Assembly: GCA_043827405.1 (NCBI GenBank)
Contig: JBDRPD010000050.1
Coordinates: 32,001-96,000 of the forward strand
Source of the DNA: Elusimicrobiota bacterium
Lineage (GTDB): Bacteria > Elusimicrobiota > Elusimicrobia > UBA1565
Reading direction: 5' to 3'
Length of the DNA stretch: 64,000 nucleotides
Shown here: positions 51,190-59,820 of the stretch, piece after piece
Position numbering within the stretch: the first letter of the stretch is position 1
Layout: each line of letters begins with the position of its first letter
Translations under genes and position numbers: made by a program
The notes under the pieces: generated by a model
What the model was told of the DNA's origin: nothing
Database searches by the model: none
Seen by the model: only the letters and a program-made list of their open reading frames with translations

Positions 51190-52782
51190 ATGCCGAAAAA
51201 GAAACAGGTCATACTAATCCATGTTCGGGATCCCCAGTTTTACGCCTTCAATAAAGGGGAGCGTGCGGCCAACGGCAATCCCGTCATCATGGGGTTTCCG
51301 CCCATCGGCATCATGTCTCTCTCGGCGGTTCTCAAGCGAGCGGGGCATAAATGCATCATGTTCGATCAGGCCAACCCGCAGACGACCGACAAGGACATCC
51401 TCGATACGATAGGCCGGGAGAAACCCGATCTCGTAGGCTTGAGCTTTCTCAGCACCACAAGCTACCCCTACGCCAAGATTTTAGCCCGGCAGATCCGCGC
51501 GGCGCATCCGCGAGTGAAAATGGCTTTCGGCGGGGTCTTCGTCACGCTCAATGACGCCAAGGTCAAAAAACAATGCCCCGAAGTAGACTTCATTTGCCGC
51601 GGCGACGGCGAGCAGGTGATCCTGGATCTTCTGGAATCGCTCCCCGAGCCGCGAACCGTTAAGGGCATCACCTGGATGGACCGGACCGCAGTGGTGCGCA
51701 ACCCCGACCGCCCCCTCGAACGAGCCCTGGACCAGTGGCCGGAGCCCGACCGGGAAAGCCTCAAGCTGGATTTCCTCGAATCCATGCCGCTGGACGTCCC
51801 GGTCGTCCTGTCGATGGACCGCTTTACCACCATGCAAACCTCGCGGGGCTGCCCCTTCCCATGCGTGTTTTGCGACATCCCGGCTTTCGGCCAAGGCAAG
51901 TGGCGCCCCCGCTCCGCCGAGCATGTGGTCGCGGAGCTCAAGCATCTCGAGGAACTGGGCTATCGCTCGGTCTATTTCCTTGACGACAATTTTCTGCTGC
52001 AGACTCCGCGTATTGAAAAAATTTGCGATCTAATCATCCAGGAAGGCCTCACGATTAAATGGGCCTGCGAGGGCCGCGTCGATTGCAAGGATCAGGAGAG
52101 GATGTTCGCGCTCATGGCCAAGGCCGGCTGCCGGACTTTAATGTTCGGCATCGAAAGCGGAAGCCAAAAAGTGCTCGACCGGCTCAAGAAGAAGCAGACC
52201 CTTGAGCAGATTTCCTCCGCCGTGCGCAGCGCCAAAAAGCTGGGGATTCAGCTGGTGCACGGGTTTTTCGTGGTGGGCACGCCGGACGAAACTCCCGAGG
52301 ATATGATGCGGTGCTTCGAGCTGGCGGCCGCGCTCCCCCTGGACACCTTCGGATTTAATCGCCTGTGCACCTACCGCGGCACCCCGCTCTGGGATGAGTA
52401 CGTGCGGCGGGGTCTCGTTAACGACGAGGAGGAGTGGTACAAGTATTTTAAATGCTCGGAGATCGACCCGACCTGCATGCGCGGCGAACAGATCAACGAG
52501 ATTCGCAAGAAGGGATTCAAGAAACTGTTCATATACAAGCTGCGGCATTACCCCTGGCAGACTTTCTGGCTATTGCGCCGTTTTTTGCAGACCATGTCCT
52601 TTCGCGACCTGTGGATCATTCTCTTCAAGCCCTTTTTCGGCCAGAGCAAGGGCGCGACGAAGCAGGAACTGCTCGCCTGCTCCGTCGAGCATGGGCTGCT
52701 CAAAGATGCCGCCGCCGAGATGACCCGAGTCAGCGACGCCGAGCTTACAGCCTGCGCAAAGCCCCCCGCGCCGCTCGCATGA
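51190..52782 (+). CDS. B12-binding radical SAM protein
   Basis: [38 protein letters not shown]. Confidence 0.93.
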   Translation: MPKKKQVILIHVRDPQFYAFNKGERAANGNPVIMGFPPIGIMSLSAVLKRAGHKCIMFDQANPQTTDKDILDTIGREKPDLVGLSFLSTTSYPYAKILARQIRAAHPRVKMAFGGVFVTLNDAKVKKQCPEVDFICRGDGEQVILDLLESLPEPRTVKGITWMDRTAVVRNPDRPLERALDQWPEPDRESLKLDFLESMPLDVPVVLSMDRFTTMQTSRGCPFPCVFCDIPAFGQGKWRPRSAEHVVAELKHLEELGYRSVYFLDDNFLLQTPRIEKICDLIIQEGLTIKWACEGRVDCKDQERMFALMAKAGCRTLMFGIESGSQKVLDRLKKKQTLEQISSAVRSAKKLGIQLVHGFFVVGTPDETPEDMMRCFELAAALPLDTFGFNRLCTYRGTPLWDEYVRRGLVNDEEEWYKYFKCSEIDPTCMRGEQINEIRKKGFKKLFIYKLRHYPWQTFWLLRRFLQTMSFRDLWIILFKPFFGQSKGATKQELLACSVEHGLLKDAAAEMTRVSDAELTACAKPPAPLA

Positions 52783-54065
52783 GCGACGGATTCGATACCC
52801 TGGGGCTGGCCGAAGAGCTGCTCCACGCGGTACGCGACAAGGGTTACGGCCAGCCGACGCCCATCCAGCGCGAAGCGATTCCGGCGGTCCTCGAAGGGCT
52901 CGATATCATGGGCGGAGCGCAAACCGGAACCGGCAAGACGGCGGCCTTTGCCCTCCCCCTGCTGCAGCGCTTGCGCGGAGGACGGCATCGCCCCGAGCAT
53001 CGCACGGTCCGCGCCCTCATCTTGACGCCGACGCGAGAGCTCGCGGCCCAGGTGCACCAAAGCGTGTGCGACTACGGCAAGCATCTGCCGTTCCGGGCGG
53101 CCGTGGTCTTCGGCGGCGTCAGCCTGAATCGCCAGATCGCCGAGTTTCGCCGCGGCGTCGATATTGTCGTCGCCACCCCGGGACGGCTGCTCGACCATGT
53201 ACGCCAAGGCAAGCTGCGTCTCGGCACAGTAGAAATCTTTGTTCTCGACGAAGCCGATCGCATGCTCGACATGGGTTTTCTGCCCGACATCAAGAAGGTT
53301 ATGCGGGAGCTGCCCGAGCGCCGGCAGAACCTGCTGTTCTCCGCCACCTTCCCGCAAGAGATCGAGCGCTTATGCGACAAGCTGCTCAACTCACCCAAGC
53401 GCATCCAGGTGGCCCGGCGAAGCACCGCGGCGGAAGGCGTCAACCAGGTCGTCCTCCCGGTAACTCACAACGGGAAGCATGCGCTATTGTCGCACCTTAT
53501 CCGCACCGAGCAGTGGTATCAAGTCCTCGTATTCACCCGCACCAAGGCCCGGGCCAATCAACTGACCAAGAAACTGGTGCGCGACGGCATACATGCGGTC
53601 GCTATCCACGGCAACAAGAGCCAGGCCGCGCGCACCAAGGCATTGGCGGGCTTCAAGAACGGCGACATCCAGGCCTTGGTGGCCACCGACATCGCGGCCC
53701 GAGGCCTCGATATCGACCAGCTGCCGCACGTCGTCAATTTCGACCTGCCCAATGTCCCTGAAGATTACGTGCACCGCATCGGCCGCACCGGCCGCGCCGG
53801 CCGCGAAGGCGAGGCCTTGTCTTTGGTTTCGCCCGAGGAGCACCAGCATCTGGCGGGCATCGAACGCCTGCTGCAGAAACGCCTCCCGCGGCGAAACATC
53901 GAAGGGGTAACGCGGCCGCCGGGCGGCGAGAGCCCGCCGCAGGCGCCCCACAAGTCCGCGGGGAAAAACAACCCGCAGACGAACAATGGACAGAGGGGGC
54001 GGCACGATGCGAAGAGCCGCGGGTGGCGCAGTTCGCGCAACCTGCGCCGCCGTCGCCGGCGATGA
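52779..54065 (+). CDS. rhlE: DEAD-box RNA helicase, RhlE-like
   Basis: [41 protein letters not shown] overlap at 52779. Confidence 0.88.
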   Translation: MSDGFDTLGLAEELLHAVRDKGYGQPTPIQREAIPAVLEGLDIMGGAQTGTGKTAAFALPLLQRLRGGRHRPEHRTVRALILTPTRELAAQVHQSVCDYGKHLPFRAAVVFGGVSLNRQIAEFRRGVDIVVATPGRLLDHVRQGKLRLGTVEIFVLDEADRMLDMGFLPDIKKVMRELPERRQNLLFSATFPQEIERLCDKLLNSPKRIQVARRSTAAEGVNQVVLPVTHNGKHALLSHLIRTEQWYQVLVFTRTKARANQLTKKLVRDGIHAVAIHGNKSQAARTKALAGFKNGDIQALVATDIAARGLDIDQLPHVVNFDLPNVPEDYVHRIGRTGRAGREGEALSLVSPEEHQHLAGIERLLQKRLPRRNIEGVTRPPGGESPPQAPHKSAGKNNPQTNNGQRGRHDAKSRGWRSSRNLRRRRRR

Positions 54066-54072
54066 GGCGCCT

Positions 54073-54101
54073 AAAGAAAACGGCGCTCGGAAAGAGCGCC
54101 G
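54073..54101 (-). terminator. Terminator downstream of tRNA-Gly
   Basis: Minus strand CGGCGCTC-TTTCC-GAGCGCCG-TTTTCTTT. Confidence 0.85.
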
Positions 54102-54109
54102 CAGAAATT

Positions 54110-54159
54110 TGGAGCGGGCGCCTTTTCGCTTCGCGAAAAGACAGCCCGGCTCAAGAAAG
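54110..54159 (-). repeat. 50-bp hairpin unit ending in a copy of the tRNA-Gly 3' 11-mer
   Basis: TGGAGCGGGCG at 54110 and 54160; internal CTTTTCGC-N3-GCGAAAAG. Confidence 0.8.
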
Positions 54160-54233
54160 TGGAGCGGGCGAAGGGAATCGAACCCTCGTCTTTACCTTGG
54201 CAAGGTAGCGTTCTACCATTGAACCACGCCCGC
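54160..54233 (-). tRNA. tRNA-Gly(GCC)
   Basis: GCGGGCG/CGCCCGC acceptor, TACC-TTGCCAA-GGTA, GGTTCGATTCC, TCCA end; upstream TTGGCG-N17-TAAAAT. Confidence 0.97.
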
Positions 54234-54322
54234 GTTCATCAGCATTTTACTCTTTTTCCGGGTTTCCGCCAACTGCTCCAGCGCGAGAAGCCATGCTCTC
54301 GGGGAGAGACAATAGCCGGTCG

Positions 54323-55030
54323 ATGAATAAAAGTACGGTTAATTTCTGCTTTGGGTACTGCCTGGGCCTGGCCTATTGGCTGATAAGCAATACCTGGCGC
54401 ACCAAGATTTATTTCCACGGGGGGATCAAACCCTTCAATGTGTTTTCCCGGGAATTATCCAATTCAATTATCTGCGCCCATTGGCACAAAGACGAACTCT
54501 CGTCTGTTCGCTATGGTCAATTAGGCAAAAGCGCCACCATGGCCAGCCTATCGGCGGATGGGAGCATCATCGCCGGAATTTTGATATTTCTCGGCCTCAA
54601 AGTGGCCAGAGGATCTTCCTCAAAAGGCGGCAAAAAAGCGTCTCATCGCCTTGAAGAATTGTGCGCAGAAAGCTCTTACGTCGTAGGAATGGCCGTAGAC
54701 GGGCCAAGGGGACCTTACTTCAAAGCAAAATCCGGAATCTACTACATATCCCTCAATGCAAAGGCCGCCAGCATGCAATGCATACCGGATTGCGGCAATA
54801 TCTGGAATTTCGCGAAATCAAACAATAAGACCTATTTCCCGAAGCCTTTTTCACGAGTTGATTTCCATCTCTTCCCCCTCCCCAAAGCGACCAAAGACAA
54901 TAAGCATGAGTTTCTTGACGCCATCAACTCCCGCCGCGAAATTCCAAAGCATCAATTAAAAGGCTTCTCTATCCGCGAGATAAAACGGCTTAGTCCAAAC
55001 AGCCATATTAGCGCCGGGAAAATGCGCTAG
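54323..55030 (+). CDS. DUF374 / lysophospholipid acyltransferase-like protein, AT-richer than its neighbours
   Basis: AHWH, SLSADG, ARGSSSKGG, AVDGPRGP, PKPFSRV. Confidence 0.8.
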   Translation: MNKSTVNFCFGYCLGLAYWLISNTWRTKIYFHGGIKPFNVFSRELSNSIICAHWHKDELSSVRYGQLGKSATMASLSADGSIIAGILIFLGLKVARGSSSKGGKKASHRLEELCAESSYVVGMAVDGPRGPYFKAKSGIYYISLNAKAASMQCIPDCGNIWNFAKSNNKTYFPKPFSRVDFHLFPLPKATKDNKHEFLDAINSRREIPKHQLKGFSIREIKRLSPNSHISAGKMR

Positions 55031-55102
55031 CCTCGCCATGGTGATCGGCGGCCGCAATCTGCGCCGGGGCTTCGCGCCGGCCGGAATTTTCTAAAATGCG
55101 GC

Positions 55103-55393
55103 ATGGGGAGCTGCTACAAATGCGGCGGGAATCTGGATCACGGCGACTACGGCCGCGGAAAGGATTGCCCCGGCTGCGGCGAGGACACCAAGATCTGCCG
55201 CAACTGCGACCTCTACGCCCCGGGACTTAACAGCGACTGCCGCGAGCCCCAAGCCGACCTGATCAAGAATAAAGAGCGCGCCAACTACTGCGAGTTTTTT
55301 AAATCGGGAAACCCAAAAAGATCCGCCCCTCCGGAGAGCGGCACCTCGAAGGACGCTTTTTCCGCGCTGTTTAAGAAGAAGCCCGGCGGCTGA
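55103..55393 (+). CDS. Small Cys-rich metal-binding protein
   Basis: CYKC, CPGC, CRNC..Y, CREPQA, ERANYCEFF. Confidence 0.8.
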   Translation: MGSCYKCGGNLDHGDYGRGKDCPGCGEDTKICRNCDLYAPGLNSDCREPQADLIKNKERANYCEFFKSGNPKRSAPPESGTSKDAFSALFKKKPGG

Positions 55394-56530
55394 TTAGGCG
55401 ACGAACTCGATATCGTCGGCGAGGCGCGACTCGTCGGACATCAGCTCTTCAACCGAAGTGCGGCACTCGAAAAAGGCATCGACCACCGCCGGGTCGAACA
55501 GGCGCTCGCTCTGCTCCCGCATATAGACGAAAGTGTCGTCGATGCTCCAGGCTCCCTTGTAGACTCGCCGCGTGGTCAGGGCGTCGAAGACGTCGACCAC
55601 CGAGACGATCCGGGCCTCCAGCGGGATCTCTTCCGCCTTGAGGCCGCGGGGATAGCCGGTGCCGTCCCAATGCTCATGATGGCCCAGCGCGATATTGCGC
55701 GCCAGCTTGAGCAGGCGGGAGTGGGCGTTCTCCAGCATGCGGCCGCCGTATACCGGATGCTTCTTCATCTCTTCGTACTCGTCCGGCGTGAGCTTGCCGG
55801 GCTTGAGCAGAATGGAATCGGGGATGGCGACCTTGCCGATGTCGTGAAGCGGACTGGCGTAGCGCAGATCCTCGATCATGTCCATCGACAAGCCCAACTG
55901 GGCGGCCACCAGGCCGGTATACTGGGATATGCGCCGCAAGTGCGAGGCCGTATCCTGCTGGTCCCGGTATTCCGCGACCATGGCCATGCGGTAAATGGTC
56001 TCAAGGTGCGATTTTCGCAGATTGTCGTAAAGGCGGGCGTTTTCGATCGCCGCGGCCGCGATCGTGGCCAAGATGCGGAGGAAGCCCTCGTCTTCCTCAT
56101 TGAAGGGTCCTTTGGCCTTATTGAGAACCTCAAAGACTCCCAGCGGCTTGCCTTCACGATCCTTGAGCGGCACCGCGAGGACGCTCTTGGTCTGGTAGCC
56201 GGTGATGCGGTCGAAATCCTGCGTAAACCGGGTATCCCGGTAGGCGTCGCGGATATTCACCGCCGAGCCGGTCCGGGCTACGAATCCGGCGATGCCCTGG
56301 CCGATGGGAATACGCAGAATCTTCTCGCCTACGCCGAGCGCCACCTTGGTCCACAGCTCATGCTTCTCGGTGTCGACGACGAAGACCGAGCAGCGGTCAG
56401 CGCTCAGAATATGGCGCACCTCCTCGGCGATGATTGTCAGGAGGTTGTTAATATGGGTCTCGGTCGCGATACGGCGGCCGAAACGCGCCAACAACATCTG
56501 GCGCCGCTCTAGCTCCTGCCTTCTTCCCAC
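55394..56530 (-). CDS. GAF plus HD-GYP phosphodiesterase
   Basis: GAF (GQGIAGFVA, SVLAVPL); LHDIGK, HHEHWDGTGYP, DVFDAL. Confidence 0.93.
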   Translation of the reverse strand: MGRRQELERRQMLLARFGRRIATETHINNLLTIIAEEVRHILSADRCSVFVVDTEKHELWTKVALGVGEKILRIPIGQGIAGFVARTGSAVNIRDAYRDTRFTQDFDRITGYQTKSVLAVPLKDREGKPLGVFEVLNKAKGPFNEEDEGFLRILATIAAAAIENARLYDNLRKSHLETIYRMAMVAEYRDQQDTASHLRRISQYTGLVAAQLGLSMDMIEDLRYASPLHDIGKVAIPDSILLKPGKLTPDEYEEMKKHPVYGGRMLENAHSRLLKLARNIALGHHEHWDGTGYPRGLKAEEIPLEARIVSVVDVFDALTTRRVYKGAWSIDDTFVYMREQSERLFDPAVVDAFFECRTSVEELMSDESRLADDIEFVA

Positions 56531-56534
56531 GCTA

Positions 56535-57830
56535 TTATCCTGAGGTTTTTTTCGATTCGGACGTCTTGTCCCGCAGCCACTGGGAGAAATGAACTACCTT
56601 GCACTCAGGATAGTATTTCTGCAAACCCCGGGCAAGCTGGATCAGGCAGGATGTCGACGAGGTGACCACGATACGAGCGTGAATAGAAGCGATATTTGCG
56701 GTCTTTTTTCGCAGCAGCTCTTCCGACAGCCGCGAATGGGTGAAAGCGAAAGCGCCGGCTCCGCCGCAGCAAACCTCCGCCTTCGGGAGCTCGCGATAGG
56801 CCGCTCCGGCGCCCGCCCGCAGCGTCCGACGGGGCGCGTCGACGATGCCCTGGCCGTTGCGGGCGCGGCAGGAATCATGATAGGTGGTCTCGTCATCCTC
56901 GCCCGGCGCGGGCTTCGCGTCGGCAAACAGCTCGGTCACGTCCCGGATGCGGGATGAAAAGCGCCGGGCACGCTCCTTCCACTCGGGCTCCTCCATAAAC
57001 AGCTGCGGATAGGACTTCATAAACGACACACAGGATGAGCAATCGCCCACGACCGGCGCCTCCTCGGGACAGCCGGACTCCTCCAACAGGCGGATATTCT
57101 CCCGCGCCAGCTCCCGAGCCTGCTCCAGGCTCCCGTAATTGTAGGCCATCAGGCCGCAGCACTTATGCCGCAAATAGACGCCCCGGCCGCGGGCGGCCTT
57201 AAGTATCTCCACGGTCGCGCGGCCGACATCCGGCAGGACATAGTTCGGACCGCAAGGCGCGAAATAAGCCCAGGCAGCGCCCTCGGCCCGCGCCAGCGCC
57301 GAATCCTCCCGCAAATATTCGAATAAAAAGCGCTCCGGCACCCTGTCCAGGTGACCGTCCGCGATCTCGAGACCCCGCAGTCCAACGAGCCGCAGCAGCC
57401 GCGTCTTCACGACGAGTCGCGACAGCCCCCAGTTTTTCAGCCTATAGCCCCAACGCAGCAGCGCGGCAAAGCGCTCGGGCCGGCGGGTCAAAAGATCCGT
57501 CAGCAAGCGAACCAGCCGCCCCCCCTCTCCGCGCAGCATCCGCCGCCCCTCCAGCACGATGTCGGCGGTCGGTACGCGGGCCGGACAGGCCGTCGTGCAG
57601 CCGCCGCACAGCAGGCAGGTGGAGAGCGCCTCCTCAGCGGAGGCCGGGTCCCGCAGCTTGCCCTCAACCAGCATGCGGACAAGCTGATTGCGGCCGCGGG
57701 CCGAGAGCGGCTCGCTGCCGGTCGCCGTATAGGTCGGGCAAGCCTGCTCACAGTAGCCGCAGCGCGAACACTGGCTGACCGCGTCATACAGCGGCCGCTC
57801 CCCGAGATCGGTGATCAGCCGCTTAAGCAT
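56535..57830 (-). CDS. glcF: Glycolate/lactate oxidase Fe-S subunit
   Basis: Two CxxCxxCxxxCP motifs and two CCG domains; start overlaps the upstream stop. Confidence 0.85.
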   Translation of the reverse strand: MLKRLITDLGERPLYDAVSQCSRCGYCEQACPTYTATGSEPLSARGRNQLVRMLVEGKLRDPASAEEALSTCLLCGGCTTACPARVPTADIVLEGRRMLRGEGGRLVRLLTDLLTRRPERFAALLRWGYRLKNWGLSRLVVKTRLLRLVGLRGLEIADGHLDRVPERFLFEYLREDSALARAEGAAWAYFAPCGPNYVLPDVGRATVEILKAARGRGVYLRHKCCGLMAYNYGSLEQARELARENIRLLEESGCPEEAPVVGDCSSCVSFMKSYPQLFMEEPEWKERARRFSSRIRDVTELFADAKPAPGEDDETTYHDSCRARNGQGIVDAPRRTLRAGAGAAYRELPKAEVCCGGAGAFAFTHSRLSEELLRKKTANIASIHARIVVTSSTSCLIQLARGLQKYYPECKVVHFSQWLRDKTSESKKTSG

Positions 57831-59820
57831 GCTCAACCCACCCATTGAGCCGGTGGTCCGGATCGAAAGCCGCTTTCAGCCGGCGATACCAGGGACTGAA
57901 AGAAGGGCGAATGGGCGCCGGCAGCTCACTGGGGATATCGCCGCGGCGGGCATGCAGCTTCAACGTGGCCTCCAGAATGATCGCGAGCGTCCCCCAGGAG
58001 CCCAAGAGCAGGCGCGCCACGTCATAGCCCGCCACGCTCTTGGCGACATTTGCCCCGACCTCCGCAATCCGGCCGTCCGCCAGGAGCAGCCGCATCCCGA
58101 GCACCTCGCCGCGCAGCCCCGCCCAGCCCTTGGTCGCGAGGAGCCCGCCGAGCGTGCCGGAGACCAGTGGCAGATGCAGGTAGACATTCTCTTTGGCCGC
58201 TGCGGCCAGCAGCTCGCTCATCGAGATGCCGGCCTCCACGGTCATGACGAAATTAGCCCGGTCCAGCTCGCGCACCGCGGTCAGCGAGCGAACGCTCAGC
58301 ACCTCACGGCCCTCGCCGCGTAGGCGGGACGGCGCCTTGGTGCCCGCGCCGAGAGCGACCAGCTCCTCCCGCCGTTCGGCTTTCTCGCGAACGCGCTCGA
58401 TCAGCGAGCACGCCGCGGCGGTCGGCTCCGGGCGCTTGGCGGCGCAGCGCTCCCGCTGGGCGTCGTCCGCCGGAGGAAACAGCTTGCCGGGATTGGCCAG
58501 GTTCGCGGGATCGAAGGCCCGCTTGATCCCCCGCATCAGCTCCAGCGTCGCCGGCGTAAACAGCCAAGCCATCGCCTCGCGCTTGTCGATGCCGATCCCG
58601 TGCTCGCCGGAGATCGAGCCCCCCAGCTCGACGCAGGCGTGCAGGATTTCAGAGCCCGCCTTCCGCACCCGCCCCGTCCATTCCCGGTCGCGCTCATCAA
58701 AGATCATATTGGGATGCAGGTTGCCGTCACCGGCATGAAAGAGCAGCGCCGCCTCGACTTTGTTGCGCTCGGAAATCTCACGGATTCTAACCGCGGCCTC
58801 GGGCAGACGGCTGCGCGGAACCACGCCGTCCTCGACCTGCACATTCGGCGCCAAGCGGGCAAGCGCCGCATAGGCGCTGCGCCGGCCCTCCCACAGCTTG
58901 TCGCGTTCGGCCAAGCCGCTCTCCGCGCGCAGCAGCTCGGCTCCATTGTCGCGGCAGATCGCCTCGACGCGCATCCTCTCGGCCTTGACCCGCTCAGGAC
59001 TGCCCTCGACCTCGATGAGCAGTACCGCCTCCGCCGCGGGGTAGCCCGCGGAGGTAAAAGCCTGGATCGATTCAACCGTGCGGCGGTCCATCGCCTCCAG
59101 CACGCGCGGCACGATGCCGGCGGCGATGATCGCGGATACGCCTTCCATGGCCCGATCAAGAGCCGGAAAGGCGGCCAGCAGGGTCACCACCCGCTCCGGC
59201 AAAGGCAGGATGTCGGCCCATATTTTGGTGATGATCCCGAGAGTTCCCTCCGAGCCGATCAGCAGGCTCATAATCTCGGGGCCGGTATCGGCGGTCGAAA
59301 AGCGCTCAACGCTGCCGTCGGGCATGACGGCTTCGAGGGCGCGGATGTGGTTGGTGGTTACTCCGTACTTTAAACAGCGCGGCCCGCCGGCATTCTCCGC
59401 GGCATTGCCGCCCAGCGTGCATATCTTGAGGGAGGCGGGATCGGGAGCGTAGAACCAGCCGAGACCTTCCAGCTCGTGCTGAAAATGGAAGTTGATAACA
59501 CCCGGCTCGAGTATGGCAAAGCGCTCCTGCGTGTCGATGGCGAGTATGCGGTCAAGCCCGGTCAGGACGATCACCACCCCGCCGTGCAGCGGTACGCAGC
59601 CGCCCGAGAGGTTGGTGCCGGCGCCGCGGGCGATATAGGGCATCCCGCGGTCCACGCACCAGCGCACGGCACAGCTCACATCCTCGACCGACCGCGCGAT
59701 GACTACCCCGTCAGGACGGCCGCGCTCAAGCGAAGCGTCATAGGAGTAGGCGAGAACCTCGGCTTCGCCCGTCAACAGCTCGCCCGCGAGCTCGCTCTTA
59801 AGCCCGCCGAAACCGCTCAC
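57823..59820 (-). CDS. glcD: GlcD fused to a shortened GlcE-like FAD-binding domain
   Basis: RGAGTNLSGG, APDPAS, GSEGTLG, HAGDGNLHP, GEHGIG; then VAKSVAGYDVARLLLGSWGTL and LKAAFDP. Confidence 0.88.
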   Translation of the reverse strand: MSGFGGLKSELAGELLTGEAEVLAYSYDASLERGRPDGVVIARSVEDVSCAVRWCVDRGMPYIARGAGTNLSGGCVPLHGGVVIVLTGLDRILAIDTQERFAILEPGVINFHFQHELEGLGWFYAPDPASLKICTLGGNAAENAGGPRCLKYGVTTNHIRALEAVMPDGSVERFSTADTGPEIMSLLIGSEGTLGIITKIWADILPLPERVVTLLAAFPALDRAMEGVSAIIAAGIVPRVLEAMDRRTVESIQAFTSAGYPAAEAVLLIEVEGSPERVKAERMRVEAICRDNGAELLRAESGLAERDKLWEGRRSAYAALARLAPNVQVEDGVVPRSRLPEAAVRIREISERNKVEAALLFHAGDGNLHPNMIFDERDREWTGRVRKAGSEILHACVELGGSISGEHGIGIDKREAMAWLFTPATLELMRGIKRAFDPANLANPGKLFPPADDAQRERCAAKRPEPTAAACSLIERVREKAERREELVALGAGTKAPSRLRGEGREVLSVRSLTAVRELDRANFVMTVEAGISMSELLAAAAKENVYLHLPLVSGTLGGLLATKGWAGLRGEVLGMRLLLADGRIAEVGANVAKSVAGYDVARLLLGSWGTLAIILEATLKLHARRGDIPSELPAPIRPSFSPWYRRLKAAFDPDHRLNGWVEHA

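Noticed and set aside
51190..52782. Radical SAM as maturase of the 23031 peptide
   Set aside because: 28 kb away, coupled to an RNA helicase, and no RRE or SPASM domain evident.
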